Shown: positions 28,162-36,926 of the stretch, one piece after another
Numbering within the stretch: position 1 is the stretch's first letter
How the letters are laid out: each line of letters begins with the position of its first letter
Source: an uncultured Chloroflexia bacterium
GTDB lineage: Bacteria > Chloroflexota > Dehalococcoidia > GIF9 > AB-539-J10
Direction of reading: 5' to 3'
Length of the DNA stretch: 64,000 nt
Assembly: GCA_963769975.1 (NCBI GenBank)
Contig: CAVYNS010000003.1
Location: 32,551-96,550 of the forward strand
The notes under the pieces: model-generated
Seen by the model: only the letters and a program-made list of their open reading frames with translations
The model's database searches: none
Told to the model about the DNA's origin: nothing
Made by a program: the position numbers and the translations under genes

Positions 28162-28522
28162 GTGACATCCATTGGCGTTGATATTGTAGAGATAGAGCGT
28201 GTTGAGTCAGCCATCAAACGAGGGGGGAGAGCGTTTTTTAAGAAAGGTTTACACCGAAATGGAGCTCAGGACTTGCTAGGATAGACCCTCGTCCTTAGCA
28301 TCCAAATTTGCCGTCAAAGAGGCTGTGATGAAAGTCTTGGGAACAGGTGGGATAGGTATTGCTTGGCGGGAAATTGAGATTCTCACTGGTGACGATGGCA
28401 GACCATCGGTCAAACTTTACGGGCAAGCTTTGAATAAAGCTGCGGAATTAAACTTAAAAGAGGTCTCTGTTAGCCTTTCTGACAGTAAGCAGTATGCCAT
28501 TGCTGTAGCTATAGGTATGTAG
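28162..28522 (+). pseudogene. acpS: Holo-ACP synthase (AcpS) gene disrupted by a frameshift and an in-frame TAG
   Basis: GTG start after an AAGGGGG RBS gives VTSIGVDIVEIERVESAIKRGG. The reading frame must shift at the G6 tract (28222-28227) to continue as GERFLRKVYTEMELRTC. A TAG follows at 28277-28279, then DRPSSLASKFAVKEAVMKVLGTG...VSLSDSKQYAIAVAI. Confidence 0.7.
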
Positions 28523-28528
28523 AGTCCT

Positions 28529-29125
28529 TTATTTTAACTCTCTTTTTAACTTCTCCATTACTCTGGCAAACTCTTGGCTGTATCTTTTTTCCTGGTTGGA
28601 GAGGAAATCTTGCCATTGAGGAAGCTGTTTTATCACCTCATCAACAGTGAGTTGAACGACCATGGTGTTTTGTCCTTGCTGAACTTGTTTTACCCTTAGT
28701 CGGGGATCTCTTTCCACTTCAGCTCTTATGCCATTGTAGGCTTGCTCTATTTCGGCGCTATACCTCTTTTGTAGGTCCTCCATCCGCTTTAAATTTAGCT
28801 CAATTATGGAAGTGTTCTTTTCTTTCTTGATAGTCTCTATGGCTAAAATTCCATCCCTTTTCCTTTGCAGCTCGGCTGGAGTACTCCCAAAACTAAGCGA
28901 ATCTACCAGTCTCACCTGGGCTTCTCTCAGGAGGGATGGTTTGCCTTCTTCTTTTAACCTCTTCCACAAGCTTTCGGGGTCAAGCTGACCTTGGTAAAAC
29001 TCCGAGAGTAGAGAGTTCACCTTCTCGGAATCTACCATCTTCTCCTTTTCTTCTCGGGTCAACTCGCCAATCTTGGCTAATCTTTCTCTAGCGATTAGTG
29101 AAAGGTCTTTCTCCCAATTTCCCAT
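28529..29125 (-). CDS. Hypothetical coiled-coil protein
   Basis: 198-aa ORF rich in charged heptad-like sequence. No recognisable family. It is divergent from the PAC2 gene pair. Confidence 0.5.
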   Translation of the reverse strand: MGNWEKDLSLIARERLAKIGELTREEKEKMVDSEKVNSLLSEFYQGQLDPESLWKRLKEEGKPSLLREAQVRLVDSLSFGSTPAELQRKRDGILAIETIKKEKNTSIIELNLKRMEDLQKRYSAEIEQAYNGIRAEVERDPRLRVKQVQQGQNTMVVQLTVDEVIKQLPQWQDFLSNQEKRYSQEFARVMEKLKRELK

Positions 29126-29216
29126 TGACTATCTCCTCATAAATAAGCGACGGCTATTTTACACCACGGCAGACGAGAAGATAGTATATAATATGAAATC
29201 AGATTTGGGGAGTGCG

Positions 29217-30128
29217 ATGGGGATCAAACTTTATCAGGAGCCGCAGCTTGAGAACCCGATTTTGGTAGCTAGTTGGCCGGGAATAGGAAATATCGGGATA
29301 ATCGCTGTTGATACTTTAAGAGGGATATTAGAGGCAGAGGAGTTTGGAGAAATTGAGCCGTGGGAATTCTTTTATCCCAAACGGGTCTTGATCAAGAAAG
29401 GTGTTTTGGAATACCTGGAATTTCCCAGCAGCAAATTTTATTTCAAGAGGACGGAGGGAAAGGATATAATATTTTTTATTGGAGAAGAACAGCCTACCGA
29501 AGGGGGGAGGATGTATGCTGAGGGAAGAAAGGCCTTTCACATGGCTAACTTAGTTTTGGATGTAGCCGAGAAATTTAAATGTCGCAGAGTTTATACTTCA
29601 GGAGCGGCTGTGGCTTTGACTCATCATACTACAAAACCCAGAGTCTGGGCTGTGCCCAATAGCGAAAGTTTAATCCCCGAAGTAAGAGGATATGATAACA
29701 CTGTACTCATGTCTGACATCGAAGGGAGGGGAGGACATGGGAATATTACCGGCTTGAATGGACTCTTACTGGGAGTTGCCAGAAAAAGAGGTTTTGAGGC
29801 TATTTGTCTGATGGGTGAGATACCAGTATATCTTCAGGGATTGCCTCTGTCTTACCCTAAGGCTTCGAAGTCCGTGCTGGAAGTCCTCAGCCATAGTCTA
29901 AAAATAGAGGTTAACTTGGACAAATTGGATGAATTAGACCAAGAGGTAGAACGGAGAATCGAAGAATTTTACCAACAAATCCCCTCGGAAATAAGGGGGC
30001 AACTGGATAGATTAAAGCATGTGACTTATGCCCAACCGTCTGAGCCTGGGCCGATTACCGAGGAAGAAGAGAAAAGAATTATGGAGGATGTTGAAAAGTT
30101 CTTCAAGAAGCGAGGTGGAGGAGGTTGA
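29217..30128 (+). CDS. PAC2 (proteasome assembly chaperone 2-like) family protein
   Basis: LENPILVASWPGIGNIGIIAVDTL is typical of PAC2 N-termini. The ATG at 29217 has a GGGGAG RBS; the upstream ATG at 29193 and the 29073 start lack one. The C-terminus is an acidic coiled-coil tail. Confidence 0.7.
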   Translation: MGIKLYQEPQLENPILVASWPGIGNIGIIAVDTLRGILEAEEFGEIEPWEFFYPKRVLIKKGVLEYLEFPSSKFYFKRTEGKDIIFFIGEEQPTEGGRMYAEGRKAFHMANLVLDVAEKFKCRRVYTSGAAVALTHHTTKPRVWAVPNSESLIPEVRGYDNTVLMSDIEGRGGHGNITGLNGLLLGVARKRGFEAICLMGEIPVYLQGLPLSYPKASKSVLEVLSHSLKIEVNLDKLDELDQEVERRIEEFYQQIPSEIRGQLDRLKHVTYAQPSEPGPITEEEEKRIMEDVEKFFKKRGGGG

Positions 30129-30958
30129 GCCAGGAATATCCTATCAAAATATATAAGGAACCAGACTTTCGTCGCTCTTCTTTAGTGTTGGGTTGGAGCG
30201 AAGATATGGGAAATTTGGGACGAAAAGTTACTGACTACTTAAATTGGAAGCTGAGAGGAGAGGAGTTTGCCGAGATTGAACCAGAGGATTTCTTTTCCCT
30301 GGGCGGAGTTGCCATAGAAGGTAATTTAGCCTGGTTTCCTGAAAGCAAGTTCTATGCCTGTCAGGAATATGAATTGGTGATTTTCCAGAGTAACTCTCCT
30401 GGGGCGGAATGGTATAAATTTCTAAACTCAGTTTTGGATGTGGCTGAGCATCATTGCCGAGTAAAAGAGCTCTATGTACTTGGCGCTATGGTCAGTTTTG
30501 GTGCTCATACTACCCCCCGGCAGTTGCTTGCTGTGGTTAACTCGGCAGAAATGAAAGAAGTCTTGAGCCAATATGACTTGGCCAGGGATATGGATTATCA
30601 AACTCAAGCTGGTGAAAGGCCAACCTTGAATTCTTTTCTGTTATGGCTAGCCAAGGAGAGAAATATTCCCGGCGTGAGCTTGTGGGTACCAATACCTTTT
30701 TATTTGGCAGCAATGGAAGATGCCCAAGCTCAAAAGAAGGTCCTGAGCTTTTTGAATGAGAGATTAGACCTGAAAATTGATTTTAGTGATTTGGACCAGC
30801 AGATTCAGGAACAGAACGAAAAATTGGCCCTAGCGAGGTCTCGCTTTCCTCAAATCAATGATTATATTAACAGACTGGAAAGCAACCTTATGCTATCTGA
30901 GGAAGAGAATGGGGAACTAATTAAGAAAATTGAGGACTTTCTAAGGGAAGGAGACTGA
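30125..30958 (+). CDS. PAC2 family protein, second paralogue
   Basis: SSLVLGWSEDMGNLGRKVTDYL..FAEIEPEDFF parallels the upstream paralogue. There is a 4-nt start/stop overlap and a coiled-coil C-terminal tail. Confidence 0.65.
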   Translation: MSQEYPIKIYKEPDFRRSSLVLGWSEDMGNLGRKVTDYLNWKLRGEEFAEIEPEDFFSLGGVAIEGNLAWFPESKFYACQEYELVIFQSNSPGAEWYKFLNSVLDVAEHHCRVKELYVLGAMVSFGAHTTPRQLLAVVNSAEMKEVLSQYDLARDMDYQTQAGERPTLNSFLLWLAKERNIPGVSLWVPIPFYLAAMEDAQAQKKVLSFLNERLDLKIDFSDLDQQIQEQNEKLALARSRFPQINDYINRLESNLMLSEEENGELIKKIEDFLREGD

Positions 30959-30989
30959 TCCTCACTTAGGCGAAGGTAGTTTTATTAAG

Positions 30990-32510
30990 ATGCTAGCCAA
31001 GGTAAAAAGTGCTGCTGTGGTGGGTCTGGAGGGAGCTATAGTGGAAGTAGAGGTGGATTTATCACCGGGCTTACCTTCTTTCACCATTGTGGGACTGCCC
31101 GACAAGGCGGTCCAGGAAGCCAGAGAAAGAGTAAGGTCAGCCATAAGAAACTCTTACTACAAATTCCCTAACAGGCGTATTACTGTCAACCTGGCTCCAG
31201 CGGATTTGAAAAAGGAAGGCCCTGCTTACGACTTACCCATAGCCATAGGCATACTGATGAGCTCAGGACAGATCAATGCCGACCTCACCCAAAGTATCTT
31301 TTTAGGGGAACTCTCTTTGGATGGCAAGCTGCGCCATACCCATGGGGTACTGCCCATGGTAGCTTTAGCCCGGGATAAAGGTTTAGCTACTGTATTTGTG
31401 CCTTGTGATGATGCTAAAGAGGCTTCCCTTATAGATAATATACATATATTCCCTGCGGAATCGTTAACCCAGCTGGTTGTTCACCTTCAAGGAGAGACAG
31501 TCATTCCGGAGTACCATAGCGAGCTGAATTGGGAGCAAGAATTTCGCCCCAGTTACGCCTTCGATCTCACTTATATTAAGGGTCAGGAGCATGCCAAGAG
31601 AGCTCTGGAGATAGCGGCGGCAGGAAGACACAATATCCTCATGTGTGGTCCACCGGGAAGCGGTAAGACTATGCTGGCTCGTGCTTTGCCCTCGATACTT
31701 CCCCTGTTGACCATGGAGGAAGCTATCGAGGTAACTAAGATTTACAGCGTTAGTGGATTACTGCCGCAAGACACTCCCATCATTGTGGAGCGTCCGTTTC
31801 GCTCCCCTCACTACACTATTTCCCATGCTGGCTTGGTGGGAGGGGGGCAATGGCCAAGGCCCGGTGAGATAAGTCTGGGGCACCATGGAGTGCTTTTTCT
31901 GGATGAATTCCCTGAGTTTGGGCACATCACGCTGGAATCGCTGCGCCAACCCATAGAAGACAGGACAATTACCGTCAGCCGCGCCCACGGCAGTGTTACC
32001 TTCCCGGCTAGCTTTATGTTGGTTGCCGCCATGAACCCCTGCCCCTGTGGGTATTATGGCGACCCGTTTAAAGAATGTAAATGCTCGTCAGGAGAAATCT
32101 CCCGCTATCATAAAAGGATAAGCGGGCCATTGCTGGACCGTATTGATATCTTTGTTGATGTTCCCCATATTGATTACGAAAAGCTCACTGAAGATAAGCC
32201 TGGGGAAAGCTCAGATAAGGTCAGGGCCAGGGTCAAGGCAGCACATGAGATACAGCTTGAACGTTTTCGAGGAACGAAACTGAATTGCAATGCTGATATG
32301 ACACCTAAGGAGGTGAAGGAATTCTGCACGGTGGAACCAGCAGCCCAGAGCCTGCTTCGCACCGCCATGAAGCAGCTTCATCTCACCGGCCGTGCCTTTC
32401 ATCGCATCCTCAAGCTTTCCCGCACCATCGCTGACCTGGAGCATAGCGACATCATCAAAACACATCACATGGCTGAAGCTCTCCAGTACCGGCATAAGGA
32501 AATCATTTAA
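30990..32510 (+). CDS. comM: YifB/ComM-family Mg-chelatase-like AAA+ ATPase
   Basis: Lon-protease-like N-domain, Walker A GPPGSGKT, Walker B VLFLDEF, and a C-terminal Cys cluster CPCGYYGDPFKECKC. Confidence 0.9.
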   Translation: MLAKVKSAAVVGLEGAIVEVEVDLSPGLPSFTIVGLPDKAVQEARERVRSAIRNSYYKFPNRRITVNLAPADLKKEGPAYDLPIAIGILMSSGQINADLTQSIFLGELSLDGKLRHTHGVLPMVALARDKGLATVFVPCDDAKEASLIDNIHIFPAESLTQLVVHLQGETVIPEYHSELNWEQEFRPSYAFDLTYIKGQEHAKRALEIAAAGRHNILMCGPPGSGKTMLARALPSILPLLTMEEAIEVTKIYSVSGLLPQDTPIIVERPFRSPHYTISHAGLVGGGQWPRPGEISLGHHGVLFLDEFPEFGHITLESLRQPIEDRTITVSRAHGSVTFPASFMLVAAMNPCPCGYYGDPFKECKCSSGEISRYHKRISGPLLDRIDIFVDVPHIDYEKLTEDKPGESSDKVRARVKAAHEIQLERFRGTKLNCNADMTPKEVKEFCTVEPAAQSLLRTAMKQLHLTGRAFHRILKLSRTIADLEHSDIIKTHHMAEALQYRHKEII

Positions 32511-32583
32511 ACCTAAAACCTGTCGGTATACACGTTAAGCCAGAAGTAGAATGCGTCAGCTTAAAATAGGAGGTTCACTGTAA

Positions 32584-33057
32584 ATGGGTGAAGAAATTGA
32601 ACTAATCGGATACTGCGGGCTGTATTGTGGTGACTGCATTCGCTATCGTAGCAGAGCCTCGGATTTGGCAAGAGAATTACTCTGCGAGCTTCACAACACG
32701 GAATTCGGTAAATACGCCGCTATCAAGAGCAGTTCTGTAAACCAACTCGATGCTGTTAAGGAGTTTGAACATTATGGTGAATGTTGTGAGGTTCTGGAAT
32801 CAATAGTTGCTCTACAATGTAGCAGTCCTTGTCGAATAGGCGGAGGGTGTGCTACGTTCTCTTGTGGTGTTCTAGCATGCTGTCGAGAGAAAGGATTTGA
32901 CGGCTGCTGGCAATGCGATGAATTTGAAAAGTGTCGAAGGTTTGAGAGCCTGAGAGCGATTCACGGCGATTCGCCCCGACAGAACTTAAGGACGATTAGA
33001 AAGTTCGGGTTGGATAAATGGGTGGAACACAGGCATAAGTGCTACGTATGGCAATAA
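32584..33057 (+). CDS. DUF3795-like cysteine-rich protein
   Basis: YCGLYCGDCIRY at the N-terminus with further CxxC-type clusters. AGGAGG RBS. Confidence 0.6.
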   Translation: MGEEIELIGYCGLYCGDCIRYRSRASDLARELLCELHNTEFGKYAAIKSSSVNQLDAVKEFEHYGECCEVLESIVALQCSSPCRIGGGCATFSCGVLACCREKGFDGCWQCDEFEKCRRFESLRAIHGDSPRQNLRTIRKFGLDKWVEHRHKCYVWQ

Positions 33058-33265
33058 TGTCTTCTCTCAACCATTAATACTTGCAGTCAACACCAAACCT
33101 GAGGTATGAAGGAATTCTTTCCTTCATGAGGATACTTTCAGCAAGCTCTTGACTGGCTGTTGCCGGCTAATACCAATTAGTCTAGTTTTATGAGATATTC
33201 TCGCCCGAAAAGAAGACCTGTCTTTTTGAGAGTTCCTTCGCCGCTCTCCAATAGTCAGAAGAAGT

Positions 33266-33529
33266 TTAAGGTGCGATATGCCAGAGAATCCCGCCAATAA
33301 TCAGCAGTACGATGCCAACGATAAGGGAAACCCTGCCCCCTATTTGCCAGGCGAGTAACCAGAAACGCTCATGTTCACGGGTTATAATCTCCTTAATATC
33401 TCTTTGGGTTAACAAAATATTATTGTAATATTTGTTCTTTTCCCTTCTGTTCCAGAGAATAAAGATAATGCCCAGGAGGACGAAAAATCCTCCCAGCCCT
33501 AAGATAACTTGGTAGCTGACCTGAGACAT
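33266..33529 (-). CDS. Small membrane protein (two predicted TM helices)
   Basis: 87 aa. Hydrophobic segments VILGLGGFFVLLGIIFILW and LIVGIVLLIIGGILW. Confidence 0.45.
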   Translation of the reverse strand: MSQVSYQVILGLGGFFVLLGIIFILWNRREKNKYYNNILLTQRDIKEIITREHERFWLLAWQIGGRVSLIVGIVLLIIGGILWHIAP

Positions 33530-33573
33530 GTTACCTCACCTCCCCTCAAGAATTCGAAAATTCTTAGATGACT

Positions 33574-34089
33574 CTACTTAATCTCTACAGTCGCTCCAGC
33601 AGCTTCTAATTTCTTTTTTATTGTTTCGGCCTCTTCCTTGGGGACGTTTTCTTTTACAACCTGTGGAGCAGCTTCTACCAAATCCTTAGCTTGTTTTAAT
33701 CCCAGCGTGGTTACCTCACGCACTGCCTTGATGACTTCGATTTTCTTCTCACCAAAGCTCTTTAAGGTGACGGTGAATTCTGTCTTTTCCTCTGCTGCAG
33801 GTGCTTCGGCCGCTTTACCAGTAGCGGCTGCCGCCGGCGCTGCCGCTGCTACTGCTACCGGAGCAGCGCTAACACCGAATTCAGTCTCCAGTGTCTTGAC
33901 TAAATCAGCCAGATCCAGCACTGTCATATTCTTAATGGCAGCAACAATTTCTTCCTTGGTCAAAACCTTAGCCTCCTTCTTTGCCACTGGCGCCTCCTTT
34001 ACCTCTTCTTCCTTAACTTCTTTCTTTGCCCTTGAGGCTTTCTTTATCTCTCCTTCTTTAGCTTCTTTCTCTACTTCTTCTGGTGACAT
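33574..34089 (-). CDS. rplL: 50S ribosomal protein L7/L12 with a ~42-aa K/E-rich N-terminal extension (alternative TTG start at 33963)
   Basis: The core [30 protein letters not shown]...[10 protein letters not shown]...[10 protein letters not shown] is canonical. The ATG at 34089 has an AAGGAGG RBS. An in-frame TTG at 33963 also follows AAGGAGG and would give 129 aa. Confidence 0.9.
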   Translation of the reverse strand: MSPEEVEKEAKEGEIKKASRAKKEVKEEEVKEAPVAKKEAKVLTKEEIVAAIKNMTVLDLADLVKTLETEFGVSAAPVAVAAAAPAAAATGKAAEAPAAEEKTEFTVTLKSFGEKKIEVIKAVREVTTLGLKQAKDLVEAAPQVVKENVPKEEAETIKKKLEAAGATVEIK

Positions 34090-34103
34090 GATTTCCTCCT
34101 TTG

Positions 34104-34625
34104 TTATTTGTTAATGGTTTGAGCCCTGTTTTGTAATACGGTCAGAAGTCCCCGCAGTGGAAAGCTCAGAATGTTATGTAAAGTTCCCACGGGGGCTTGT
34201 AATTGCCCAAGCAACCTGGAGATGAGAACTTCTCTAGGTGGCAAATTAGCCAGGCTTGTCAGTTCCTCTGGAAGCAGAATTCGGTCCCCTAACAGTCCTC
34301 CTCTAATTTGTAAAGACAATGCCGAAGATTTGACATATTGGTTAAAAGTCTTGACTGTAGCAACTATATCTTCGTAGCCGAAGGCCAGAGCCATAGGCCC
34401 CTCGATTATATCCTTCAGCTGTGGTTTACCTGCTTGGTCAGCGGCACGATCGACAAGCGTGTTTTTGACCACATGATACCCAATACCTGCTTTTGCCAAA
34501 GCATTGCGCAAGTCAGCCATTTGTTTAGCAAGCAAGCCTTGATAATTAGTGGCGATGATAATGGTGCTTCGCGACAAATCATCGGCTAAATTGCTTACTA
34601 TTTGCACCTTCTGTTCTTTTAACAT
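34104..34625 (-). CDS. rplJ: 50S ribosomal protein L10
   Basis: 173 aa ([31 protein letters not shown]..). It lies immediately upstream of rplL. Confidence 0.9.
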   Translation of the reverse strand: MLKEQKVQIVSNLADDLSRSTIIIATNYQGLLAKQMADLRNALAKAGIGYHVVKNTLVDRAADQAGKPQLKDIIEGPMALAFGYEDIVATVKTFNQYVKSSALSLQIRGGLLGDRILLPEELTSLANLPPREVLISRLLGQLQAPVGTLHNILSFPLRGLLTVLQNRAQTINK

Positions 34626-34790
34626 ATTCGCCTTCTCTTAATCCCTCTCGTCATAAGGTAGGAAGCCCATAATAATAAAAAATCCCTGTGCCAGTGAACA
34701 CAGGGTTACCTTCGGCCTCGGCAGGCAAATTATTTAAACCTTCCAGGTACCTGCTGTCACTGGCGCGGGTTCATTATAACACAAGAAATC
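34626..34790 (-). promoter_or_regulatory. rplJ promoter and L10-leader-like attenuator
   Basis: On the minus strand: TTTACT, 16-nt spacer, TGtTATAAT (-10 at 34768-34763). A terminator-like hairpin CCCTGTG/CACAGGG (34684-34705) is followed by ATTTTTTATTATT. An upstream GCCAGTGA (34754-34747) is complementary to TCACTGGC inside the hairpin, giving an antiterminator option. Confidence 0.5.
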
Positions 34791-34806
34791 AATTAGTAAA
34801 ACAAGG

Positions 34807-34880
34807 ATAGGGTCGGGGACAAGCCCCGACCCTATACACCTTTTATCATTCTGAGCCATTTCTTCTTTGTCATTGAAATT
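34807..34880. repeat. Palindromic intergenic repeat cluster
   Basis: A perfect 12-bp stem ATAGGGTCGGGG/CCCCGACCCTAT with loop ACAAG (34807-34835), followed by ATCATTCTGAGCC and TGTCATTG units. Confidence 0.6.
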
Positions 34881-34937
34881 TGATTACCCCTGTGTCAAGG
34901 GAAAGTGCTAAAATTATATTAGCTAGGAGGACTAAAA

Positions 34938-35264
34938 ATGGGTGATATTTTAGACAAAGTCACGGCGCTTATCAGATGTAAAGAATGTCCATGGTATAAA
35001 AACTGCCTGACTCCGGTTCAGGTTAGCATTGAGGATATCGCGCAGTTCAAGGTAGCGATGCAGGGGACAAATCTGCCTGAACAAGCCAAAAGCGAACTAG
35101 ATCAGATTATGGAAAGCATGGCTGCTATGAGTCAGGAGATGATTCTTCAAAGCTGTCCAGTATTTACTCAACGTCTCAAGGAGAACCCCAACCTTGCCCA
35201 GCAAATCAGGAAGATGATGCAGAACTGGGGAAAAGAAGGGGAGGTTGATGAGCAGCACCCATGA
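34938..35264 (+). CDS. Hypothetical small protein
   Basis: 108 aa with an AGGAGG RBS. Contains [10 protein letters not shown]. No recognisable family. Confidence 0.5.
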   Translation: MGDILDKVTALIRCKECPWYKNCLTPVQVSIEDIAQFKVAMQGTNLPEQAKSELDQIMESMAAMSQEMILQSCPVFTQRLKENPNLAQQIRKMMQNWGKEGEVDEQHP

Positions 35265-35354
35265 AAAGTTTGTTTTGCTCTTTTCCACTTAAGCTTATCT
35301 CAATATAAAGTGCCCGAGGGCTGTTGGGACCTCTTGTGTAAGAGATAAATAGCC

Positions 35355-36074
35355 ATGCCAGAGCAATTAGGCAAAATAGAGAGGCTTGAAGCTGAGCGCT
35401 TCAAACAAGGAAAGAAACTTTACCTCGTACCAATTGTGTATTCTGGCGAGGAAGCTCCTGATGAGTACAAGGAAAAATGTAGTCGTTATTGGCAACAGGT
35501 AACAGAACAGCTAGCCAATTTAGCATCGAAAATTGGAAAGGTAAACCGGGTCTACCACGAATCCGTCTTTCAATGTGGTGAGGATGGCATGAAGGCTATG
35601 GAGAGGTTGAATCCAGACAGTTATCAAATTGCTAAGACTCAGTGTGATAATGGTGCTATCCTTGAGGCAATTGAAGAGGGAGAATTATTTGAGGAGGTCA
35701 TGGATTGGCAGAGATGTCTGATGCTGGGCTTCATAAGCAATAAGGTGGCCAGTAAAGTCTCTGAATTCTATGTTGAGGCGGTAAGGAAAAGGAATGAACT
35801 TATGGCTAAAAGGATAAGCGAGACGATTAAAGACGATGAGGCTGGGCTTCTGTTCATTAGAGAGGAACACTCGGTGCAGTTTCCTAGTGATGTGGAGGTG
35901 TTCAGTATCTTCCCACCAGCTCTGGATGAGATACACCGCTGGCTCCGTGACCAAGCCATGCTGGGGGTAGAGAGGGTCGCAGAAGAGGGCAAAGGAGAGA
36001 CCGAGGTAGAAGCTGAAGAGGTAGTGAAAAAGACTAAGAAAAGGACGAAAAAAGAGCCTAAAGGGCAGTCTTAG
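35355..36074 (+). CDS. Hypothetical protein with an acidic/lysine-rich C-terminal tail
   Basis: 239-aa ORF with coding-like composition. No recognisable family. Confidence 0.5.
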   Translation: MPEQLGKIERLEAERFKQGKKLYLVPIVYSGEEAPDEYKEKCSRYWQQVTEQLANLASKIGKVNRVYHESVFQCGEDGMKAMERLNPDSYQIAKTQCDNGAILEAIEEGELFEEVMDWQRCLMLGFISNKVASKVSEFYVEAVRKRNELMAKRISETIKDDEAGLLFIREEHSVQFPSDVEVFSIFPPALDEIHRWLRDQAMLGVERVAEEGKGETEVEAEEVVKKTKKRTKKEPKGQS

Positions 36075-36088
36075 TTTGGGGGTGTTTC

Positions 36089-36922
36089 ATGAAGATAAGA
36101 AAACCTGCTGTTGCTGGTATGTTTTATGCTGGAACAGCCAGGGAATTAGAGGAACAAATTGAGTGGTGCTACAAACATGAGCTTGGACCGGGAGCTATAC
36201 CGCGGGTTAATAGCAAAGGGCGGAGGGAGATTGTGGCTATCGTTGTTCCCCACGCTGGCTATTATTATTCGGGGCCGGTAGCAGCTCATGCCTATAAGGA
36301 ACTTGCTGAAGATGGGATATTCGATACTGCAGTGATACTTGGTCCTAACCACACAGGTTATGGGTATCCTGTTTCTCTATGGACAGGATCTAGCTGGAGC
36401 ACACCCTTGGGCGAGGTGGAAATAAACAAAAAACTTGCTCAAAGGCTTTTGGGGGGAGTAATCAAAGCAGATGAGACAGCTCATATACATGAGCACAGTA
36501 TTGAAGTGCAATTACCCTGGCTGCAACACCTCTATAAGAAAGTGAAAATCGTGCCTATAACTATGATGGCTCAAGACATAGAAACAGCTCGGACGGTGGG
36601 CAAGGCTATTGCCCAGGCAGGCGATAACTTAATAATTATCGCCAGCAGTGATTTCACGCATTATGAACCTCACTCTGTAGCTATGGAAATTGACAGCTCT
36701 GTGATAGAGGCCATAGTTGATCTTGATGAGGAAGAGTTATACAAGCGATGTGAGAGACTTGATTGTACTATGTGTGGGTATGGTCCGGTGGCTTCGGCTA
36801 TTGTCGCAGCCAAAGAAACGAAAGCCCAAAAGGCAAGTTTGCTGAAGTACGCCACCAGCGGAGACACAAGTGGCGATTTCTCCCGGGTGGTTGGCTACGG
36901 TTCCATTGTGATAAAACGGTAA
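36089..36922 (+). CDS. MEMO1-family protein (AmmeMemoRadiSam system protein B-like)
   Basis: KPAVAGMFYAG, VVPHAGYYYSGPVAAHAY, HEHSIEVQLPWLQ, SSDFTHY. Confidence 0.85.
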   Translation: MKIRKPAVAGMFYAGTARELEEQIEWCYKHELGPGAIPRVNSKGRREIVAIVVPHAGYYYSGPVAAHAYKELAEDGIFDTAVILGPNHTGYGYPVSLWTGSSWSTPLGEVEINKKLAQRLLGGVIKADETAHIHEHSIEVQLPWLQHLYKKVKIVPITMMAQDIETARTVGKAIAQAGDNLIIIASSDFTHYEPHSVAMEIDSSVIEAIVDLDEEELYKRCERLDCTMCGYGPVASAIVAAKETKAQKASLLKYATSGDTSGDFSRVVGYGSIVIKR

Positions 36923-36926
36923 GCAA

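Noticed and set aside
28277-28279. In-frame TAG in acpS as evidence for amber recoding (e.g. pyrrolysine)
   Set aside because: TAG terminates ordinary genes in this window (e.g. yggS, hisH). No pyl genes or other in-frame TAGs were seen. A nonsense mutation or sequencing error is more parsimonious.
33106-33127. ATGAAGGAATTCTTTCCTTCAT hairpin containing GGAA-N4-TTCC, considered as a second NrpR operator
   Set aside because: The spacer is 4 nt rather than 6. It sits just downstream of the DUF3795 gene, so it is more simply a 9-bp-stem terminator-like hairpin (without a clear U-tract).
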